A stretch of DNA of 63,595 nucleotides, the filler included, from Octopus bimaculoides (lineage: Eukaryota): the NCBI RefSeq assembly GCF_001194135.2. It is 3 parts of 3 records of this genome, joined end to end, with 100 filler letters (N's around TTAATTAATTAA, not from the genome) between each part and the next. Parts side by side here need not be neighbours in the genome. Positions count along the whole stretch, not along the records: positions 36,525 to 63,595 come from NC_068981.1; 2 more parts are not named here. The stretch is one strand, 5' to 3'. A program made the translations under genes and the position numbers. Shown one piece after another: positions 52,271 to 63,564 of this stretch (within the stretch, counting starts at the first letter, position 1; every line of letters begins with the position of its first letter). The notes below the pieces were generated by a model. That model had not been told where the DNA came from. It did no database searches and saw only the letters and a list, made by a program, of their open reading frames with translations.

Positions 52271-53267
52271 TAGTTTTTCAATCAGTAGTTGGATTTTTTT
52301 TGTTGTTATTAGAGGTGAGGATATGCTGTTCAGTTCCTGTCCGCCAATTTTACTTGCAAGGTATAGATTGACCTGTGACTGAAATGTTAACTGATATTGT
52401 CCATACTGTGGGAACAAACCTGTAACCATGTGATTCAGAAGTGAACTTTGTGACCACATATCCATGCCTATGCCTTAAACACACACATACACGCACATGC
52501 GTGCGCATGCAGTTCTGGCCACTTTTCATCTCATTACTGCATACAAAGTTGGTTGTTAATGAAAACTGTAGCACAGCTGGATAATACAATAGTAATAGAA
52601 TGTTGTGCCATTGGTTTCCAGTTGATTATGTACGAGTTGTTATTTGGTAAACTTACAGCATTCAGCAACTCACAACCCAGATGTGGCCACCCAAAATTTT
52701 ATAGCACAATGTCCTATTACTGCTGTCTTACCTACATTTCTTACCATCAGCAACCTCTAGTTGGGTATTACTCCTAGACATGAGCCTGTGGTTAAAGAGA
52801 GGTTAGGTGGCCTGAACTAAAATATATTCAGTACATTTACTCTACTTACGGTGCTGTGTTTGCTTAGTTGTGTGTATGCATGCGCATGTGTGTATATTTG
52901 TAAATTCAGTTAAACACAATTACATATCTGAACAAATGTTTTCATCAGATGGCTTTCGGTCAGGTATGCTCATCAGTAGATTGGGCAGAAATAGCTAATA
53001 ACAGTTTAAATTATGTCTTAATTGGCTGTTGCACTGTTGTATATAGTTATTTGTCATGTTTGTTTGCCAAAAGAATTGATCTCAGAATTACATTGACCAT
53101 TTAAAAAATACATACCCTGTTATATTCATTTTTTATATCATTTTCCAGCTCTACTCTTTTGCTTATGTACATGAATTGATGCATACTTCCAAATATTCCC
53201 ATCTATTTATGACTTGTAGTTTGTACTTATGTGGAAAATTTTGCTCTTATTGCATCAGATGAAATCA

Positions 53268-53560
53268 TCATCATTTAATGTCCTCCTTCCATGCAGACAT
53301 AGGTTGGACAGTTTGACAGGAGCTGGCCAAGCAGAAGCCTGCACCATACTTCTGTTTCTGTTTTGACACAGTTTTTACAACTGGATGCCTTTCCTAACAC
53401 CACCTACCCTGCAGAGTGTGCTGAGTATTTTTTACATGGCACCAGCACAGGCAAGGTCTGTTTTAGTATGGTTTTTACAGCTGGATGCCCTTTCAAATGC
53501 CAACCACTTTACAGTGTGCACTGAATACTTTTTAAGTGATGCCAGCACTGGAGTAGCACC
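53268..53560 (-). mobile_element. SINE family E copy with a duplicated central segment
   Basis: GTTTTTACARCTGGATGCC occurs twice (about 53372 and 53471) after a (CAT)n tail. Confidence 0.65.
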
Positions 53561-53589
53561 ATACTTTTTGCATTCTAAGTTGAAACTCT

Positions 53590-53905
53590 ACTGGAGTTGA
53601 CTTTGCCTTTCATCACACTAGGATTAAGAAAATGAAGTCAAGTACTGGGGCTGATGTAATCAACTACTCTCTTAATTTCAAAGTTTGTTGTCTATGGCCT
53701 TGGTAGATTGGCACAATCATCAGAATGTTGGACAAAATGCCTTGCAGTGTTTGTCTGGCTCTTTACATTTTGAGTTCAAATCCTGTCAACTTTGCCTGTC
53801 ATCCTTCCAGAGTCAATAAAATATGATATCAGTCAAGTATTAGGGTCAACCTCACTTCTTAAGAACTGCTGGCCCTGTACTTAGAATTTAAAACCATTAT
53901 TGTAA
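53590..53905 (+). mobile_element. Two adjacent SINE family A fragments
   Basis: GTTGACTTTGCCTTTCATC at about 53596 and TTTTGAGTTCAAATCC...AACTTTGCC at about 53770. Confidence 0.6.
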
Positions 53906-54363
53906 TCGTTATTGTTTGCTTATTTTCCCTTATGTAAGGAAATTGACTATTTTTCCAATATATTTACTTTTTATATTGATTGTAGTAAGGCTTTTACTAT
54001 CTTTTAACCATAATACTTTTCATATTCATTTGAGCTAGACTTTCACTCTGTTTGTTTGTCTGTCTGTCTGCCTCTCTGTCCCCTTCTCTCTCTAACACAC
54101 ACACATACACACTCACAAATCTATAGACAAGTATTTGACATTTAAGCCAAAATTATAATCACTCATTCATCTTTTGCAAAGATAGAAATTTAGATTTCTA
54201 AAGGGGAAATTGCTATCATTTAGTATCTTATCTCTTTTGGTGCTGTAATTTTCCATCACATTTTATTCACAAAACCATCTAAAGTTTAAACTGATGGGGT
54301 GAAGTCCCTTACTGAATTAATTGAAAAAATTCAACAATTACATTAATTCATTCCTTTAATAAA

Positions 54364-54745
54364 GTCATGGGTGATGGTAACTATGTTCAGAGATGTGTCA
54401 TTCTTGCTCAAAAACAACAGAAATTACCGAACTCTCCGGGAAGAGTCTGTATGATACATATGCAATAGTTGGAAGTATTTTCATTCTTTTATTCCGAAAA
54501 GTATAAAGCAAGAATACCAAGCATATATGAATAGAGATGAAACCTACAGCGGTAATGTTGAATTAGGTGCTATTAATGAATTGTACAATGTTGCAATTCA
54601 GGTTCATCACAAAAATGACGATGAAATTATTCTTCCTCTGTTCACTGTTTGCGGACAAACAGTTACAGAAAGGAAGATTTCAGTGTTATATAGTGGCAAA
54701 GTTGACAACGGCCTTTACAATGCTCTCTTTCCCATAAACAGTTAT
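54364..54745 (+). pseudogene. OTU-like cysteine protease (deubiquitinase fold) domain within the Helitron
   Basis: VMGDGN-(frameshift)-MFRDVSFLL...YRTLREESV*YICNSW, then TYSGNVELGAINELYNVAI and LYSGKVDNGLYNAL. These match the OTU motifs GDGNCLFRA, W/YG...EL.A and GHY. Confidence 0.7.
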
Positions 54746-55139
54746 GAGCATAAAAGAAATGTAGAAGGAAATGAAATATCACAAGACAGTAAAAAAAAGA
54801 CAAAAGAATGATAATTCAAACACTTAATCAAAAAAAAATTGTAGAAGAAAGAAAAAGACCATCAGAAACTTAGGTTGCAAAAAATGAGGGAATATGAGAG
54901 GAGGACAAGAGAACAAGAAGTTGATAAAGATAGGGAAATAAGATTGCAGAGAAAGAAGGAAAATTATAGAAATAAAAAAAGTACAAGAAAATAAAAAAAA
55001 GACAAAGAAATATGATTGCAAAAAAGGAGAGAAAAAGGCAAAACAAACAGAAAACAAGAAAGTGAAAGTGACTGAAAAATACAACTAAAAAGGTGAAAGC
55101 TTTCCAGAGAAAATCAGCAGAAAAAGTATAGACGATTTC

Positions 55140-56605
55140 AATGGCAAGGTGTAGCATTTAATTATGATCCTAATCGTAATTATGCATCTGAAAAAATTAT
55201 CTTCCTGGGCTCTATGTGCAAAACATGTGAAAAGTGTGGTGCTAGGGAGTGGAAGAAGAAATCATTAGGTATGTGTTGTTCTAAAGGTAAATTCTATTTA
55301 CAAATAACTGAGTCTCCAGAACTTATAAAACATCCTCTTTTGGGTACCACTTCAGAATCAAAACACTTTCTTAAAGATATATGAGCATACAATTGTGCTT
55401 TTTGAATGACATCATTTGGGGCAAACATTATTAGGAAAAGTGGGTTTATGCCAACTTTTAAAGTGCAAGGACAAATTTATCACAGAATTGGCTCTCTTAA
55501 GTCTTTACAGAATAAAGATCCACAATTTTTACAAATATATTTTATAGGTGATGTTCTAAAGGAACATTATTATGGTTGAAGCACAACATGGAAAACGAGA
55601 TATTGTTTTGAAATATCGTGACAAAAGCATCACGTTCATAAATGAAACTCCTTGTTCATATGATGCTTTACAATATCCCTCACTTTTTGCTAATGGAGAA
55701 GATGGGTACCACTTTGGTATACAAGTTGGAGGAATCTGTATCCTGTATGGATTATTATGTTCATCGATTGATGAGTCGAAGTAATTCATTTAATCACCTT
55801 CACTATTGCCAAGATCTTTTTCACCAGTATGTTGTTGATATGTATGCCAAAATAGAGTCGGAGAGGTTGTGCTACATAAAAAAGTACCAAAAAGAACTAC
55901 ATTTAGAATCGTATGTCCATTTACGAGATGGCATTAACAATGATATTGCTGGACTGGGCTTGGACAACTTTGTATTCTCCCATCCAGTTTTACAGGAAGC
56001 CCAAGATATATGAATAAGAGGACACAGGATGCCATGACTTATGTGTGTAATTATGGATGTCTTGATCTTTTCAACACTTTTACTTGCAATCCCAAATGGA
56101 ACAAAATCCAAACAACTTTTTTCTAGGACAGTTATACATCAACAGACACAACCTAATTCCAAGAGTTTTTCATCTCAACATTTCAAAATTGATGGACTTC
56201 ATAACTAAATCTTACATAGTTCGACCAGTACATTGCTACATGTATACCACTGAATGGCAAAAAAGAGGCCTACCTCACACACATATATTAATCTGTCTTT
56301 TGCAGAAGATTCAAATTGATGAGATTGATTCCATAGTCTCAGCAGAAATTCCAAACCCCAGAAAAGACAAAGAACTTTATGAAATTGTAAAATCAAACAT
56401 GGTTCATGGCCCACGTGGTGACCTCAATCCGACTGCACCTTGCATGAAGGACAAAAAGTGTATGAAACATTATCCTAAAAACTTCATCAAAGAAACACAA
56501 ATGGGTAATGATGGATATCCATCATACAGAAGAAGGGTACCTCAAGATGGAGGTTTTGAAACAAAAATTGGTTACCATACAATTGGTAATCAATGGAGAG
56601 TGCCT
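55140..56605 (+). pseudogene. Helitron Rep domain (Zn finger and HUH endonuclease), disrupted
   Basis: CEKCGAREW...GMCCSKGK, MPTFKVQGQIYHRIGSL, SYDALQYPSLF, LFHQYVVDMYAKIESERL, EWQKRGLPHTHILI, GYPSYRRR. Confidence 0.9.
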
Positions 56606-56840
56606 TTTTGTATTCAAAAGGCTACAATTTCCAGTGAAATTCAGTTTTGCTATGTCTATAAATAAATCACTGGCACAAATGTTATCTGTTGCTGGGCTAC
56701 AACTCGAAGAAAATTGTTTTTCTCATAGGCAGCTGTATGTAGCATGTACAAGAGTTGGAAGTCCACGCAATCTTTTTACATATGCTCCTTCTGGAAAAGC
56801 GTGTAACATTGTTTCTAAGGAAGTTCTATATTTAGAATAA
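56600..56840 (+). pseudogene. Helitron PIF1-family helicase C-terminus
   Basis: RLQFPVKFSFAMSINKSLAQML...CFSHRQLYVACTRV matches FP+.LAFA.TINKSQGQT...FSHGQLYVA.SRV. Confidence 0.9.
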
Positions 56841-57954
56841 ATAGTTAATAAGATGAACAAATAACACAAGAGGTGAAAGGACATGGGCCGAAAATAGGAA
56901 TCTTAAAAATGAAATGCAAAAATGTATTTAGCATGGCAAAACAGTGCCATATGGCGTTTGGCTCCTGAGTAACACCAGGTAACCCTGATGTGTATGTGTG
57001 TGTGTGCGTGCATGCGTGTGTGTATCTTTCCACTTTCTATGTTTTCAATACCAGATATTACAATTCTGCAAATAAAAAGTTTTTCAAAATTGCAATAACT
57101 TATCACTTTTTTTGTCCTGCTTAATTTTAAAGTTATATACATTATTTTAATGTTCTAATTTTTTTTTTAGAAGTATGTTTCAAACATAGAAGATCATGAT
57201 TCCGCACAAAAATTAGGGCTAGCGTTGAGGGTTAAGTTTAGGATTTAATACTAAGGTTAGTATTGTAGTTTAGATTTTAGGGATAAAATTAATCAAACTA
57301 TATTCTTAAAAGAAAAAAAAGAAAAAGGTCTACAAAGTGCTCTTAGTTTGAAGTTTCATTGAGTACTTTTTTATTTTTACTTTGAAAATATTTATTCTAT
57401 ATTAGATAAAGAGTTTTGCAGTGTTGCTGTTAATTCTCTGAGTCATTAACTTGGGCAACGCCGGGTTTTTCAGCTAGTAATTGATATTTTTGTCATGATG
57501 GATCTGGTCCTTGCTCTCGAACACCCAATTTACTACCTTTAAGTCAAAAGCATATTAAGAATGAACAAACCAGCATTATTCAGTAGTAAGTAAACTAACC
57601 ATATGTATGGTAATCAATACACAAAACTTTTACATGTGCACTATTTTTGCAAATATGATGAAGGCTATGCTTTACTTATGATGTCAATAAAGCTAAAACA
57701 CATTCAAGGTTGTTGTGCTATCCAGGAAAATGAAAAATAGTATTACTGATTGACTAGTATTGTATTTTTCCTCATCGTGCTGCCACCATTGAATATGGAA
57801 AACATGAACTTAGCATATAATAATTTTTCCCTAGTTAGTGGTGATTTCAGAGACTTCAGCTGTAAGAAAATAAATACAGCATTGAGACATGAATAATTTG
57901 TGAATTCTGTACTTTATTATTTTGCAGTAGTCTATGGACAGATGGTTGTCAGAA

Positions 57955-59105
57955 CTCATAAAGTCACTAGATAAAATGTCTTGCAGTATTTGTTCCAGTT
58001 CTTTAAATTTTAAGTTCAAATCTTGCCACAGACTACTTTGCCTTTCATCCTACTGGGTTCAATAAAAGAAAGTACCATTTAAATACTGGGGGTGATGTAG
58101 TCAATTTATCCCTCCCCTCAAATTTCCAACCTTTTGAATTTTTAAAAATTATTATTTTTTGTAGTCATGTTTTTATTGGATAGTTTTACTGTGCCAATGA
58201 ATACAGCTCTTTGCATCTTGGTAGTGTGCAATGTTTTTTTTTTAGATTTTGTATTGGAACCACTCTTCATGTTTGTGCAGTGCCAGGTAGTGATATTTTC
58301 TGTATGGTGTGCATATTTGTAAATTTGATTCTTCATTTAAGAAGTGAAGCACTATCTTTCATAGTGATCCTTGACAACAAACGATATTAGGTGGATTAAC
58401 CTTGATCTGCATTTTCTGTGGAATGGCATATGCTGTAGTATAGTTATTATTGTTCTTAGGAAGGGGAGCTGGCAGAATCATTTAAGCATCAGAAAAATTG
58501 CTTTGCAGCATTTCTTTCTGCTCTTTATATTTTGAGTTCAATTCCTACTGAGGCCAATTTTACTTTTCACTCTATTGAAGTTGATAAAATAAAGTACCAG
58601 TGGTAGATTTAATCAACTTATTTCTTCCCTCTAAAATTGCTGGCCTTGTACCTAAATTAGAAACAATTATTTTTACCATTATTGCTTGTACAGTGAAGTG
58701 GCAAAGTTGTTAGAGTGTCCGAGAAAATGCCTTATAATACTTGTTCTGATTACGTGGTCTGGGATGATCCAGTTGAGGTCTACATTGCTCTTCATCCTTC
58801 TAGGTTTTCTAAACTAAAATTCTATTTAAGTACTAAAGCAGTGTAATCAACTAATTCCCACTCTTTAAAATTTGTGGCCTTGTGCCTGAATTATAGGGTT
58901 GGTTGATTGGCAGTACTTTTAGTGTGTCAGACATTGTTTCATAGTATTTCTTCTGACTCCTTTGTGTTCTGGATTCAAATATCACTGAGATCATCTTTAC
59001 TTTTCAACCCTCTTCGGTTGATAAAATAAGTACCAGTCAAGTACTGGAGCCACTTTAATCAACTAACTTCTCCCACTAAATTCAGGCCTTGTGCTTTTAC
59101 TAAAA
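57955..59105 (+). mobile_element. Cluster of four same-strand SINE family A copies
   Basis: Copies at about 57955-58150, 58463-58680, 58695-58890 and 58895-59105, each with the CATCC/AGTACCA/GGCCTTGT landmarks. Confidence 0.7.
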
Positions 59106-60843
59106 ACATGCTGACTCAAAAGTTTGTTTTGTTCTTTAGTCACGGCTATTGTCGTTTAAGATTACTTTATTCAAACTAATTTTGTCTGAATAAAATGCTT
59201 GTATTTAGAATGTTCCTGTTAGCTGCTGATGTTTATTAAATTTATGGTTTTTATTTTTATTTATACATTTTTGTCTGTTAATATGAACCAAAAGCTATTG
59301 GCCAAGCTAAAGCAATAGTTGTGCTCAATGTAGAATTAGAAACACATATTTTTTCAACTTGTGTTACCTGGCAACTTTTATTGTAACTTTTCATTGTTGA
59401 CTTGCTTTACACAAAGATTACTAAAAGTTCACCTTCCAGCTCACCTCCAACATAACTTCTTTTTAAGGATTAAATTTGTTTTCTTTCTTCTTATTTTGAG
59501 TTGGTCTACAAAGCTACTTAAAGATATGTGCTTTCTAGGGCTAGCATAAAACTAACAATGACCAAAAATCCCAATTCTTTTTTTCTTTTTACATTGTGAA
59601 TCATTTTTTTTTTTAATGTTATTTTAAATCAAAAATACAAAAAACAAATATCACTGCAGACATTAAATATTGATCTGCTATGGTGATCTTTTTTTAAACT
59701 CTTAGCTGGAACTAAAAAGTTGGTTAGCAGTCTATTTTGAGTGTGTTGAGATAAATATTAATAGTTCTTTAAAATTGGTCATATTCCTGACCTAATTGCC
59801 CTTCTAACCTCATTGTACAGTATTTTCCTGATTTATCTAAAAGTAGTAGAGATGTATAGGATTAAAGCAACACCAGCAGCAGAGTTGTTGTTACTGGTAG
59901 CAAAGAAAAAAGAAAAAAAAAACTTTCATCTTTTTATATTTGGATTTTCAACCAGTTGATTTCATAACTTGTTTTGGTGTATGTTGGCAGGAGAGGAGAG
60001 TAGATTTTATAATGGCTCTCCTCTGCACCCCAAACGCTCTATCAGATTTTTTTAAAGAATTTTAACTTGCTGTAGCTTCTACATGAAGTGTTTGTGATTG
60101 CTTCACTTGAAAGAAATGTTAATAAGTTTTTCAAAAGAAAGATCAGTTGCTATTACTAAAGAGAGAAGTCCACTTAAGCCACATATAATAGGCTAAGTTC
60201 TCAATATTGACCTGAATATTTTGATTTCAAACCCTGCCATTGGCAGCTTGTGTTTCTAGAAATTTTTGTTTGTTTTAACTATTGTATGAGAGAGAGAGAG
60301 AGAGTGTGTATGCATGATTCTGAAAAAGACCCTGCAGGGATCTTCTTGGAATAAATGCAGCTATTAATATAGGATTAAGTTAATTTGATGAGAGGAGGTT
60401 TATGTCTTCTTTTAATCCCTCTAAATTTAGCGAGAGTGAGATGTCAAGCATGGCTGCTCTGCTAAAAGAGATTAGAACATTTAAATTACGCCACCATGGT
60501 GCACAGTATTGCATTTAAATGATTTACTAATCTGCAGTAGATTAGTGTAGCGTATTGCTTTCTGAAGCTGGGTTCAAATTAGAAAGCTTAGATAAATAAA
60601 TGCTGAAGATTAATAATAGCTATAGCTGAATCTGTGAAGATATGAATCTTATGGTGGACTATGGATTACATAGACTTGAATAGAACAGTTTCCACATGTT
60701 TTATTTTTCTCATGAGATTTGGTTATAAATGAAGTGTATCTGGAGTTTTGTGAAGTTCATTCTTTAAGTAGCACACACAGGAGGTCAAAATTACTCCTGA
60801 AAGTTAATGGAACACTAATTTTGAACATTTATTTGATACTTAC

Positions 60844-60870
60844 AATTGTATGTTGTTCATTTTGTGTAGT
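60844..60870 (-). other. Candidate 27-nt exon
   Basis: CTGTACTTTACATTACAG acceptor and ATT|GTAAGT donor; phase-0 frame TTQNEQHTI. Confidence 0.2.
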
Positions 60871-61861
60871 CTGTAATGTAAAGTACAGACTTTGAGCCAT
60901 CTACTGTGTTACTAACATGATGCACACCATCAACCTCTTGACTGGGTATTTGGTTCTCTTATCCACTTTGATATTTACACTCATTTGATTCAGAATACTG
61001 AATATTTGAAGGCATTTCACATTAGAAGAAAGGTATTACATAGTTGGAATTATTTACATAATATATTAGATAAGACATTTCTGAGAGGTAATTGGCTATA
61101 TTTCTGAAGCTTAAGGATATTTTCTGTCAGCCATTCAGCACTTTCATTTCCTATGTCTCAGAGCTAGAAATTGTATGATATTATTAGTTTAAGACCCGTT
61201 AGGTCTATAAATCCTATACAATAGTTTCAAACACTCCCTTTTTCTTCTTTTGCTGAAGCACAGCTTTGAATTGTCCATTACTGAAAATAATAAATGTCTG
61301 TATAGCAATAGTTTATGAATGCACAGTTAAACACTTTCTTTGTGATTACTTGTTTTATTCTTTCATGCTTTATTTTCTGTGACTGAAACTTTTTCATGAC
61401 AGAATCCACAGGTTGTATATCTCAATCTATGACACACAGATAATTCTCTTTCAGAAACTTATTTATTATATCAATATTCCAAACTGAACTTTGTAAACTT
61501 GGCATCTCACTTAGGTACTGTCTGAAGTGATAGCAAGACACTCCAGTATCCTAGTTGAAAAACACTAGTTTAGATAGAGTTTTGCATAAGTATTTGAAAC
61601 AAACATAGTATAGTTTGATATCTTTCTTAATCAAAAATATAACTTAGCTTATATTTTGCAATTAAATTACTTATAGATTAATAGCTGAGGAACATATCAG
61701 TTTAGTTACTTATCCACTCTTTTTTTTTTTATTTCATGATGCTTAGTTGAAATAAGAAAAATGTGTTTGTATACAAACACAAATGTATGCCACCACACAC
61801 TGACATTAGCTAGAAGTGTGCTTCTATGTGATATAAATTCCAGCTTCTTTGAAATATTTAA

Positions 61862-62054
61862 CCCTTTAGCATTCAGATTACTTTATCAAATGTAATGCTC
61901 TTTTATTCACATTGTTTTAAATTATGTATTATCTTGTAGTTTTCAGATTTTGATGATGTGATTGTTTAATTTTAGAATGACATTAAAGGATAGGTGTGAA
62001 AGACCAGATCTTCCCTGTTTGGGCCTGATATGGCTGGTTTTAAATGCTTTTGGG
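61862..62054. mobile_element. piggyBac-type MITE (same family as 43172-43390)
   Basis: TTAA|CCCTTTAGCATT left end, degenerate AATGCTTTTGGG|TTAA right end, homologous interior. Confidence 0.75.
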
Positions 62055-62269
62055 TTAATCTAATAACTGTTTTCAAATTTATTTTTCATCATATTGTAAA
62101 TTATTTTATGCTGACTTCCTATGACTCAGGTCATCCAATTTATATAGTTATTTTTTTCCTAGATAAAAAAGCATGTCATTGTGCCCTTCCCTGCTTTAAC
62201 TTAAATTACATTTAGAATATTGTATCTGTTTCCTTCACAAACACTACAATCAAAACATCAGTTTCCTAT

Positions 62270-62368
62270 ATCCTTCTTCTATATACATTTATTCCAATTA
62301 ACATCCTTCTTCTATATATATTTATTCCAATTAACATCCTTCTTCTATATATATTTATTCCAATTAAC
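62270..62368. repeat. 33-bp minisatellite, three copies
   Basis: ATCCTTCTTCTATATAYATTTATTCCAATTAAC x3. Confidence 0.9.
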
Positions 62369-62699
62369 ACACCAAATTAATATAGTTTATAAGTTTAAAA
62401 AATGAAGGGTTGTAACTGATTCTATACAAACAAAGTAGTCGATATAAAAAAAATCTCTGCATGTAAAAAAATAGCTAGATTAGTGACTTCAGCAAAACTG
62501 AGCATAGGCTTCAAAAATGTTTTTGAGATATCTGTTACTGTATAACCCCTCTTTTATTCGGTTTATCAAGAATTTTAATTTATAGTCAGTATTATAAAAT
62601 AATTATCTATAAATTGGAAATTGTATGTAATTTATTCCCTAAACTATCCTAGTTTTTTTGTGAACCAATGTACATTATAGTATGTTTATTTACACTCAC

Positions 62700-62760
62700 C
62701 ATTACGTTGACAAGGAGGGGGAAAACTTCACTGGTGAGGCCTTGAAATATTGAGATTTAT
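62700..62760 (-). other. Candidate 61-nt exon ending in ATG
   Basis: CTAAC branch-like site with TTATTTTGACTTCAG acceptor, and ATG|GTGAGT donor; all frames stop, so it would be UTR plus a start codon. Confidence 0.25.
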
Positions 62761-63374
62761 CTGAAGTCAAAATAAGTTAGCCTTTGTATGATTTCACATT
62801 AAATATGTTGATGCTAGCTTGGTCATAAATTCAAAACTGTCTATTAATATAAAGCTAAGAGTAAAATTATGTATTTATGTTATTTCATTAACAGCTCTCA
62901 CAATTAATTATTTGCCCAACTTTGAAAAAGTTGGCTGTACTTGCTGTCAGATTATCATCTTTTCAGCATCAGACTGAAAGTCACTCAGAAGAAATCATGG
63001 ATGTCTGAAAGTTTAGATTCTCACAGTCACTTGTTTAGTTCTCTACATTCACTTGTTTCAATCTCCACATTCATTACTTTGAATGGAGTTCAGTGACTAC
63101 ATTGAAACTATGCTCAATTAAATACAATGTTTCCAAGACAATAAAGAATATTTTGACATTGTTATTCTACAGTGTAGTTTAGAGAGGTTCTTTTCTCACA
63201 TCAAAGGTTTAGAAATTATTTCCATCTTCAGCTTCAATTCAATATCATTTTCTTCTATTCACTACATTTCTAGCATGGAAAAGTGGACATTAAATGATGA
63301 TGATGATTGTGTGTGTGTGTGTGTCTATGTGTACTCACACACACTCCCATTTATATGTATGTATTTTGTTACTG

Positions 63375-63550
63375 TTTTACTTGTTTCAGTCATTTGACTG
63401 TGGCCATGCTGGAGTACTGTCTTTTAGTCAAAGAAGTTAACCCCTGGACTTATTCTTTATAAACCTGGTATTTATTCTATCAGTCTCTTCTGCCAATCCA
63501 CTAAACTACAGCGATGTAAACACACCAATATCAGTTGTCAAGCAATGGTG
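63375..63550 (-). mobile_element. SINE family C, 3' fragment
   Basis: GTTTCAGTCATTTGACTGTGGCCATGCTGGAG...CCTGGTATTTATTCTATC matches the 9.5 kb copy. Confidence 0.7.
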
Positions 63551-63564
63551 TGTGTGTGTGTGTG

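Larger units (their letters stand above)
54120..57477 (+). mobile_element. Internally deleted, defective Helitron
   Basis: Contains OTU-like, Zn-finger, Rep and PIF1 remnants. 3' end GGGCAACGCCGGGTTTTTCAGCTAG|T with a subterminal hairpin remnant. The 5' end A|TCTATAG at 54120 is tentative. Confidence 0.85.

Noticed and set aside
54870-55157. Hydrophobic minus-strand ORFs resembling membrane proteins
   Set aside because: Antisense of the A-rich Lys/Arg/Glu region of the Helitron.
60489-60520. Perfect Kozak GCCACCATGG
   Set aside because: Opens only an 8-codon ORF, and the vertebrate consensus is not diagnostic in a mollusc.
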